Below are positions 10,922 through 18,523 of a stretch of DNA of 64,000 bases, one piece after another. Origin of the DNA: an uncultured delta proteobacterium (GTDB taxonomy: Bacteria; Desulfobacterota; Binatia; Binatales; Binataceae); the NCBI GenBank assembly GCA_963848285.1, contig CAWKCZ010000002.1:327002-391001 (forward strand), given 5' to 3'. Numbering within the stretch: the stretch's first letter is position 1; every line of letters begins with the position of its first letter. Made by a program: the position numbers and the translations under genes. The notes under the pieces were generated by a model. The model was not told where the DNA came from. It ran no database searches and saw only the letters and a list, made by a program, of their open reading frames with translations.

Positions 10922-11622
10922 CTCGCTTCATCCACTCTTCCGCGCGACGCGTCATTTCATCCGGCGTCAGGTCTTCCTTGTGCGTCGAGACGATCCACAT
11001 ATGCCCGAAGGGATCCTGCAAGCGGCCGCTGCGGTCGCCGTAGAACTGATCGGCGATCGGGAAAATCACTTTCGCGCCCGCCGCGATGGCGCTTCTCCGC
11101 GAACGCGTCGACATCCTCGACATAGAGACCGATCGGAACCGTCGATCCGCCGAGCGACTGCGGGCTGCGATTGTAGTTGCCCGTGCTCCGGCGCGATATC
11201 GATCGGCGAATCGCCAATCTGGATCTGCGCATGAATGATGTTGCCGCTCGGATCGTCCAGCCGCATCAGCTCGGTCGCGCCGAAAGCCTGCTTTGTAGAA
11301 TTCGATCGCGCGCGGCGCATCGCGCACCACCAGGCAGGCATTCGCAGTATGAAAACCCGCCGGAATGTAGCTCGCCTTCTTCGCTGCACGGCGCCAGCGG
11401 CGTCACTCGCGCGACGAGATCCTTCTTGAGCCGCGCCTTGAAATCCTCGCTGGGCAGATCGCGCAGCTCCGACGCGATGCGCAGAATCGCGGCGATGCGG
11501 GAATTGACCCGCGGCAGCTTGCTTTCGCGATCGCTCATGATCTTATCGACCGCCTTGTCGAGCTGCTGCGCGAGCGGCGCGGGTTTGGCGATGCGCTTGC
11601 TCTTGTTGCTCGCTCGTTTCAT
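10922..11622 (-). CDS. VOC-family module G with a ~85-aa non-VOC N-terminal extension (frameshifted; 3' end uncertain); candidate anti-sigma partner
   Basis: The ATG at 11622 overlaps the sigma-factor stop (ATGA). N-terminus MKRASNKSKRIAKPAPLAQQLDKAVDKIMSDRESKLPRVNSRIAAILRIASELRDLPSEDFKARLKKDL (ORF 11266..11622). VOC part: FGATELMRLDDPSGNIIHAQIQIGDSPIDIAPEHG (ORF 11066..11389), GGSTVPIGLYVEDVDAFAEK (ORF 10957..11232) and AIAAGAKVIFPIADQFYGDRSGRLQDPFGHMWIVSTHKEDLTPDEM (ORF 10551..11330). Confidence 0.6.
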
Positions 11623-12185
11623 CGCTCACCCACCATCGTGCGCAGACTTTGCAGGCCGCGAAACTGAAGCTGCTTGATGGCGCCCTCGCTACGCCCGATG
11701 TCTTTGGCAATCTCGGCGATACTTTTCTGCTGTGCGAAACGCATGGTGATTACGCGGCGCTGATCGTCGGGAAGTTTCTCCACCAATTTGAACAGCCGCG
11801 CGCGATGCTCGACTTCCGCGAGATCGGCATCGTCTGGACGGATCCGTACTCGTGGAGCTCGCGCAGCTTGATCGCCTCGAGCTGGGCCGCGCGCTTGCCG
11901 CGATCGGCGATCGCATTGGCCGCGATGCGAAACAGCCACGCCGCAAACGGCGCGCCGCGCCATTCGAAGCGCGAAAGATTTTTCAGCGCGCTATGGAAAA
12001 CATCGGCGGTCAGATCCTGCGCCTGATCGCGATCGTGAACCCGCCGCGCGATGAAGGCATAGACGCGTTCGAAGTTGTTCTTCGTAGAGCTGGGCGAAGC
12101 AGGCGGGATCGCGCTGCGCGGCCTCGATCAAGCCGCGCTCCGGCGCATCCTTGGTTCGGCGCTTCAATGCAGGTTTCCCAGCCAC
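11619..12185 (-). CDS. ECF-type sigma-70 family RNA polymerase sigma factor (about 2 frame changes)
   Basis: Region 2: GLIEAAQRDPACFAQLYEE (ORF 11991..12185). My translation of the adjacent frame gives NFERVYAFIARRVHDRDQAQDLTADVFHSALKNLSRFEWRGAPFA. Region 4: LPDDQRRVITMRFAQQKSIAEIAKDIGRSEGAIKQLQFRGLQSLR (ORF 11619..11963). Confidence 0.85.
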
Positions 12186-12225
12186 CTTCGCCTCTAACTA
12201 TATAAACCGCCGGCGCGCGAAAAGG

Positions 12226-12254
12226 TTACGCGGCTTCGAAACCAGAGGTTTTCA
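12226..12254 (-). promoter_or_regulatory. Candidate ECF-type promoter upstream of the sigma gene (TGAAAAC-N17-CGTAA on the minus strand)
   Basis: Reverse complement of 12226..12254 reads TGAAAACctctggtttcgaagccgCGTAA. It lies ~40 nt upstream of the GTG start at 12185 and resembles AAC / CGT type ECF promoters. This is a single occurrence, with spacing one nt longer than the SigW-type consensus I remember. Confidence 0.25.
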
Positions 12255-12373
12255 ACGTTGCGGGTCGGCTGCGGTTTGTTATGAACATCCGACGCAGCGT
12301 TCAAAACGATGAAGCGGTAAGATTCACGTCGGGGTGCTCTCGCGTCTGATCGTCAGAGATGTGAGGATCACCG

Positions 12374-13102
12374 ATGCGCCGCATGACCGTCATCGTTTTC
12401 GCGCGCGAGCCGATCCCGGGCCAAACCAAGACGCGGCTCATCCCGGCGATCGGCAAGGACTATGCGGCCGCACTCGCCGATGCGTTCAATCGCGATGCCC
12501 TCGCGAAGGCCAAACGCCTCGCGCCCGCAGAATTGGTGATCGCAGGTAGCGCTCCCGGAGGCGCCAAGCGCAGCCGTTATTTCAAAACCCTCGCGCACGA
12601 ATTCGGCGCGTGGGTCTTCGAGCAGGGCACCGGACATCTCGGCGCGCGCATGGCTGCCGCGATGCGTCCGTTCACCAATGCCGGCGGCGCTTTGCTGATT
12701 GGCACCGATACGCCCTCATTGCCGATGAAGCTGCTGACCAAGAGCGCCGACCTCTTCGAGAAGCATCCGATTGTCATCGCGCCGACCCTCGACGGCGGCT
12801 ACTACCTCGTCGCTATGCGCGGGAAGCTGGCCGACATCTTCAAGCCGATGCCTTGGGGCGGTCCGGAGGTGCTCGCGATCACGTTGCAGCGTCTGCGCGA
12901 TGCGGGAGAGCCCTACTGCCTCGGGCCATGGTGGTACGACGTCGATCGGCCGATCGACTTGCAGTTTCTCATCTCGCATTTGAAGAATCGGGTAAGCGCC
13001 TTCGGTGGCCAGGCGATGGCACTCGGATCGCCGCACCCATGCCCTGCGACCGCCGCTTTTTTGAAACGCCTCGAAAAACAAACGCCGCGTCGAGTCGCTT
13101 GA
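12374..13102 (+). CDS. DUF2064 / TIGR04282-like glycosyltransferase (arsenosugar-associated family)
   Basis: Intact 242-aa ORF: VIVFAREPIPGQTKTRLIPAIG...GALLIGTDTPSLP...APTLDGGYYLVAM...PWGGPEVLAITLQRL, the typical DUF2064 pattern. Confidence 0.75.
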   Translation: MRRMTVIVFAREPIPGQTKTRLIPAIGKDYAAALADAFNRDALAKAKRLAPAELVIAGSAPGGAKRSRYFKTLAHEFGAWVFEQGTGHLGARMAAAMRPFTNAGGALLIGTDTPSLPMKLLTKSADLFEKHPIVIAPTLDGGYYLVAMRGKLADIFKPMPWGGPEVLAITLQRLRDAGEPYCLGPWWYDVDRPIDLQFLISHLKNRVSAFGGQAMALGSPHPCPATAAFLKRLEKQTPRRVA

Positions 13103-13781
13103 AGCTGTCGGTCATCGTCCCGATGTTGAATGAGGCCGCTGCGATTAGCGGCGACCCTCGAAGCGATCCGTACCGGCGCCCGCGAAGCGGAAATAATCGT
13201 AGTCGACGGCGGCAGCACCGACGCCAGCGTCGATGTGGCGCGGCCGCTATGCGATGTGCTCATCGAATCCTCGCGCGGGCGCGCGCTACAGATGAATACC
13301 GGCGCCGCGCGCGCCTCAGGTGACGTGCTGGTCTTCGTGCATGCCGACACGATTGTGCCGCTGACCTTCGGGCGCGATATCGAAACCGCGCTCGCAGAAC
13401 TCGCAGTCGTAGGCGGCCGCTTCGATGTTAGCCTCGACGACAATCATCCTCTGTGCGTGCTGATTGGCGCGCTGATCAGCCTTCGTTCGCGCATCAGCCG
13501 CACCGGTACGGGAGATCAGGCGATTTTCGTACGGAAGCATACCTTCGAGGCTCTCGGCGGATTTCCCGATATGCCGATTTGCGAGGACCTCGATTTCGCG
13601 CGCCGGATGAAACGCGCCGGCCGCGTCGCATGCCTGCGCAGCCAGCGTGATTACCTCGGCGCGGCGATGGCGCAAGGGCGGCATCATGCGCACCGTGCTG
13701 CGGATGTGGACGATTCGATTGTTGTATCTGGCGGGCGTTTCGCCGGTGCGCCTCGCGCGCATGTACTCCGACGTTCGATGA
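13099..13781 (+). CDS. GT2-type glycosyltransferase, TIGR04283-like (about 2 frame changes)
   Basis: TTG at 13099 overlaps the upstream stop. KLSVIVPMLNEAAAI (frame of ORF 12610..13323). EIIVVDGGSTDASV, RGRALQMNTGAARASGDVLVFVHADT and TGDQAIFVRKHTFEALGGFPDMPICEDLDFARRMKRAGR (ORF 13130..14074). The third frame gives VITSARRWRKGGIMRTVLRMW, ending at TGA 13779..13781. Confidence 0.75.
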
Positions 13782-13783
13782 TC

Positions 13784-14734
13784 TCAGGCGAGCGCGCCGG
13801 AGCAACTCGAACCCGCGCCCGCCGTACATCCGAAGCAATGCGAGCCGGTTGCGATGCGCGCGCCGCTCAACTCGCCCAGATCGTTGATATCGAAAATCGT
13901 CAGCGCGCGACCGTCGTCCGTGGACAACGGCATCCCGAGCATCTGATTGAAATCGCAATCGTAAAGCGTGCCCTCGTAGCCGACGCTCACCAGGTCGCGG
14001 CACATAACGGTCGAAACCGTCGTAGGATTGAAATGATTCACCAACAGCGCCATGTAGTCTCGATCGCTCCCTGAATGCCGAAGCTGATCGGCGAAGCGCT
14101 TGATCGGCATGTTGGTAATGGTGAGCAGATGGTTGAACTCGATGCCGAAACCGTCGCGCAGCTCCTGACGATAGCGCGCTTCCAGTTCGGCCTGCGCGGG
14201 CGGCAGAAACGCGAACCGACTGGATTGTAAACGAGGTCAAGAACCAATTCGCTCCCCGCCATCCCATAACCAAGTCGATTCAAGACGCCGGAGCGCCTCG
14301 ATGCTTTTCTCGAAGACTCCCCGCCGCGTTGTTTGTCCACATTCTCGGCCGTGTAGCACGGCAGTGAGCAAACCAAGTTAGCGTGATGCTCTCGATAAAA
14401 TGCAGGCAGCCAATCCATACCCGGCTGAAAGATGACTGTGAGATTGCATCGTACGATGACATCACGTCCCAGCCGGCGCGCCGACTCGACCAGGAATCCA
14501 AAATGTTCGATTCAACTCTGGCGCGCCGCCGGTGATGTCGACGATTTCGATCGACGGGCTATGCGCGAGCAACTCGATGACTCGCTCGGCCACCCGCGAA
14601 TCCATCTTCTCGGTGCGCGCCGGACCCGCATCGACGTGGCAATGATGGCACGCCTGGTTGCACACCTTGCCGACATTGACCTGCAGCGTGCGCGGCGCGA
14701 CGCGCGTCAGCGGCGCGAGACCATGACGCTGCAA
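13784..14734 (-). CDS. arsS: Arsenosugar biosynthesis radical SAM protein ArsS-like (at least 3 frame changes)
   Basis: LQVNVGKVCNQACHHCHVDAGP holds the CxxxCxxC cluster motif at 14639..14662 (ORF 14462..14734). PCYTAENVDKQRG (ORF 14038..14418). C-terminus VSVGYEGTLYDCDFNQMLGMP...IATGSHCFGCTAGAGSSCSGALA (ORF 13784..14110). Confidence 0.8.
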
Positions 14735-14760
14735 CTCGGCGTCAAATGCGCCGGGACGTG

Positions 14761-15276
14761 CTATTTCCGAAGCGCCGCCATTAGCTCAAGCTCTTCGCGG
14801 AAATCGCGCCAGGTCGCAAGAGCGCTACTTCTGGCGCGCCAGACCAGCGGCTTCTTGCCCTGCATCATTTCCATCATGCCGGTCAACTCGATTCGCGAGG
14901 GCGTAACCAGCAGAGGCCGAAATCAGGCGACTGATGCCCGCCGGGCCAGAATTGCGCCAATTCGTAGTCAAAGACCTTCCCTTCCCAGACGCGCTTTTTC
15001 TCCGCCGGCATCGTCGATGAAACGCGCGGTGCCGGTCACCGTAAGATGAACGAAGTCGGGGCCGGCCTGGTAGAAGAGTTCGACTTTGGGATTTTTCGCG
15101 ATATGCTTGCCCTTGGCGGAATTGCCGGCCGGTCGCGATCCACAGCTTCGTCGCCTTCGAATGCCGGATGCACCACGCGCACCTTGGGCTGATCGCCCGA
15201 CCGCCGTCGCGAGGTAGGCCCAGGTGGCTTTTTTCGCAGCCTCGTGAAACTTCTGCAGGGTTTCAGCGTCGCTCAT
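14761..15276 (-). CDS. Pyridoxamine 5'-phosphate oxidase-fold protein (general stress protein 26-like), frameshifted
   Basis: MSDAETLQKFHEAAKKATWAYLATA and NPKVELFYQAGPDFVHLTVTGTARFIDD (ORF 14968..15276). Reconstructed tail ...WEGKVFDYELAQFWPGG...RIELTGMMEMMQGKKPLVWRA ends at TAG 14761. Confidence 0.5.
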
Positions 15277-15422
15277 CTCAAAATGGTCTCCTTATGGACT
15301 GGCGGCGACATTAGCGAAATTGTTCGACCGGAATCCAATCCTGTGGATATGCTGCGCCGAATAGCGGTTTGACAGTCACTACGACGGATCATTAGCCTCT
15401 CGCCTTAACGCAATTCGTAACG

Positions 15423-16057
15423 ATGGAACGTACTGAACGCCGCGCCCAGGTCCTGCGCCACGCGAAGCGAATTTTCGCGCGCAAGGGCTATCATCGCACC
15501 AATGTCGCCGACATCATTGCGCGCGCCGGCATCGCGCGCGGGACTTTCTACCTCTACTTCCAGAACAAAAGGACCTTTTCGAGGAATTGCTGGAGCAGGT
15601 GGTCTCCGAGCTCCGACGCGGATTTTGCGCCTCAAAGTAGGCACCGGGAAGACGAACCCGGTCGATCAATTGCGCGACAACCTGCGGCGCGTGGTCGGCT
15701 TCGTGCTCGCATGAACGCGAGCTCACCGACATCCTGCTTAATCATTCGGTCGGATTCGATCGCGAGCTGGATGCGAAAATTCGCGAGTTCTACGATCGCA
15801 TCGCGCAGATGATCCAGCGCTCGCTCGATTTGGGAATCGAGATGAAGCTGGTGCGCAAATGCGATACCCGCGCGGTCTCGTACTGCATTCTCGGAGGAAT
15901 CAAGGAGGTCGTCGGGGTGCTGTCCCGCACCCGTCCGCGCGATACCGAAACCTTGGTGCAGGAGATCCTCGATTTCGGGTTGCGCGGAGTCGCGCGCCCC
16001 GAACTTCTCGCAGAGATCGATCGCAATTCACAAAACGCCACGCGATGCAAAAAATGA
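15423..16057 (+). CDS. TetR/AcrR-family transcriptional regulator (about 2 frame changes)
   Basis: RAQVLRHAKRIFARKGYHRTNVADIIARAGIARGTFYLYFQNK (ORF 15423..15812) is the TetR N-terminal HTH. C-terminal ligand domain in ORF 15809..16057. Confidence 0.8.
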
Positions 16058-16084
16058 GAACCATCGGCGGGCAAGCTTTTTTTA

Positions 16085-16873
16085 TTGCCCATAACTAGAA
16101 TGACATGTCAGTTCATCGAGCAAAATCTTCTCCGCAATGGCCGCCCGCAAATGCGTCGCGCCGCATTCTATGATCTCGACGGGACCCTGGTCGATCTCAA
16201 CCTCGTCCACATCACCTTGTTCGTGCTCGCCAACCTCGGCGAATGGAGCAACCGCCTGAGCTATCTCGCGGCTTTCGCCGCGCGCGCGCCGAGACTCTAC
16301 CTCGCGGAGCAGCAGGACCGGCGCAAGCTCAACATCCTGATGTTCGAGGCGTTCAAGGGAATCTCGCGCGACCGCCTGGTCGAGCTGGGACGCGAATACT
16401 GCGAGCGCGTGCTCATCGGCCATCTCTATCCCAAGGGCATCGAACTCATCGAAGCGAACCGCCGCGCCGGCCTGGAGCCGGTGCTGGTAACCGGCTCGCC
16501 CGATTGGGTAGTTGCGCCGCTCGCGCGAGCATCTCAACATCGCGGATTTTTCCGCCAACCGGATGGCGATCAGCCGCGGCCGCGCGACCGGACGGCTGCT
16601 CGAACCGATCATGGCGACGGCGGAGAAAGCGACCTGGTGCGAGCAGTACGCCAGCCGAGCACGGCATGAAGCTCGCCGATTGTTGGGGCTATCGCGGATT
16701 CGCACTACGACTTGCCGTTTCTCACCGCGCTCGGGCATCCGGTCGCGGTGAATCCTGACAAGCGGCTGCGCGCAACTGCGATGAGCCGGCAATGGCCGAT
16801 CATCCATCTGGAAAAGAATCGCAACGGCAGCAGCATCATCGCCGACAACGTGCGGCGTCTGGTTGAGGCCTAA
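16085..16873 (+). CDS. HAD-IB family hydrolase (SerB-like phosphatase fold), about 2 frame changes; likely start at Met 16151
   Basis: MRRAAFYDLDGTLV carries the DxDxT motif (ORF 16085..16669). LVTGSPDWVVAPLA. Later frames give ADSHYDLPFLTALGHPVAVNPDKRLRA, the HAD-IB motif IV region. Confidence 0.7.
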
Positions 16874-16882
16874 GGGGAATCG

Positions 16883-18523
16883 ATGGCTCGTCCGGAAGCC
16901 AAACTAAAAGAACTAAAAACCGCCGAACTGAAGCATGAGGTCGGCGCGCGCAAGGATTTGGTCATCACGACCAATCGGCGCTCCGAGCGCCGCCTCATCG
17001 CGTATGGCGACGATTTCCTGTTCGAGAAGCTGCCGGTCGGCACCCGCGTCATTTATCCGCCGCCGCCGCTGGAGCGCTCGCCGATCCCGACCAGGCGATT
17101 CGCTACGCCCTGCTCCATCCGGAAAATGCCGATCCGCTGTTCGCGCAGCTCAATCCCAACATGCGCGTGACGATCGCGATCGACGACATCAGCCTGCCGC
17201 TGCCGCCGATGCGCCGTCCCGACATTCGCGAGCGCCTGCTCAACCAGGTGATGCAGACGCTGGCCGACTACGGCGTTGACGATGTGCATCTGATCATCGC
17301 GACGTCGCTGCATCGGCGCATGACCGAGGCCGAGATTCGCCGCATGGTGGGCGAAAAAGCCTTCAAACAGTTTTGGCCGGATCGCCTCTACAACTTCGAC
17401 GCGGAAAATCGCGCCGAGCTCACGATGATGGGCAAGACCGATCACGGCGAGGAAGTGTGGCTCTCCAAGCGCGCCGCCGACTCCGACCTGGTCATCTATC
17501 TCAACATCAACCTGGTGCCGATGGACGGCGGGCATAAGTCGGTCGCGGTCGGTCTCTCGCCCTATGCGAGCCTGCGTCATCATCACAATCCGACCACGCT
17601 GCGCGATTCGCATTCGTACATGGACCCCAATCATTCGGCGCTGCATCGCTCCGCCGATCGGATGGGACGCGTAATCAACTCGCAGCTCAATGTGTTCACG
17701 CTCGAGACCGCCGTCAACAACAACATGTACGGCGGGATGCTCGACTTCCTGCATAAGAACGAAGACCGCTTCACCGACTGGGATCACGTGCGGCTGAAGG
17801 GATTTCAGTGGACGATGCGCAATCTGTCGGACGATCTGCGCCGCCAGATGCTGCGCAACTACGCCGCGCCCTACGGCATGACGGGGATCTGGGCGGGCGA
17901 GACCGAAGCGGTCCATCGCAAGGCGCTGGCGAAAGTTTTTCAGCAATACGCGGTGCCGGTGAAGGGTCAGGCCGACATTCTAATCGTCGGCGTGCCGTTC
18001 ATTTGCCCCTACAACGTCAACTCGATCATGAATCCGATCCTCGTGCAGTGCACCGGGCTCGGCTACCTGTTCAACATGTATCGCGGCAAGCCGCTGGTGC
18101 GCGAAGGCGGCACGATCATCGTCACGCCATCCGCTGCGCGACGAGTTTCACCCCGAGCATCATCCGAGCTACATCGAATTTTTCCATCGATGCCTCGCGC
18201 AAACCACCGACGCGGTCGAGCTCGCCGATCAGTTCGAGCATGAGTTCGCGCACAATCCGACTTACATCCACATGTATCGCTACGGCAATGCCTATCACGG
18301 AGTGCATCCCTTCTACATGTGGTATTGGGGCGAGCCCGCGCGTCAGCACTGCGGACGCGTGATCGCCGCCGGATGCGAGGAGCCCGAGGTTGCCGCGCGC
18401 CTCGGATGGGAAGCTGCCGACAGTCTGGATGAAGCGATCGCGATGGCGACCTCCGAACAAGGCCGCTCCGCGAGCATCACCTACTTGCATCTGCCGCCAC
18501 TGGTAATTGCCGATGTCGAATAG
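16883..18523 (+). CDS. LarA-like (lactate racemase N-terminal domain, DUF2088) protein, about 2 frame changes
   Basis: VTIAIDDISLPLPPMRRPDIRERLLNQVMQTLADYGVDDVHLIIATSLHRRMTEAEIRRMVGE and DLVIYLNINLVPMDGGHKSVAVGL (ORF 17161..18243) match the LarA N-domain pattern. C-terminus in ORF 18272..18523. Confidence 0.65.

Noticed and set aside
16069-16090. Hairpin GGGCAA-gcttttttta-TTGCCC right after the TetR stop, considered as a terminator or attenuator.
   Set aside because: The stem is only 6 bp, the T-run lies inside the loop rather than after the stem, and the hairpin overlaps the possible HAD start region. It is noted only as context for the lipid-block finding.
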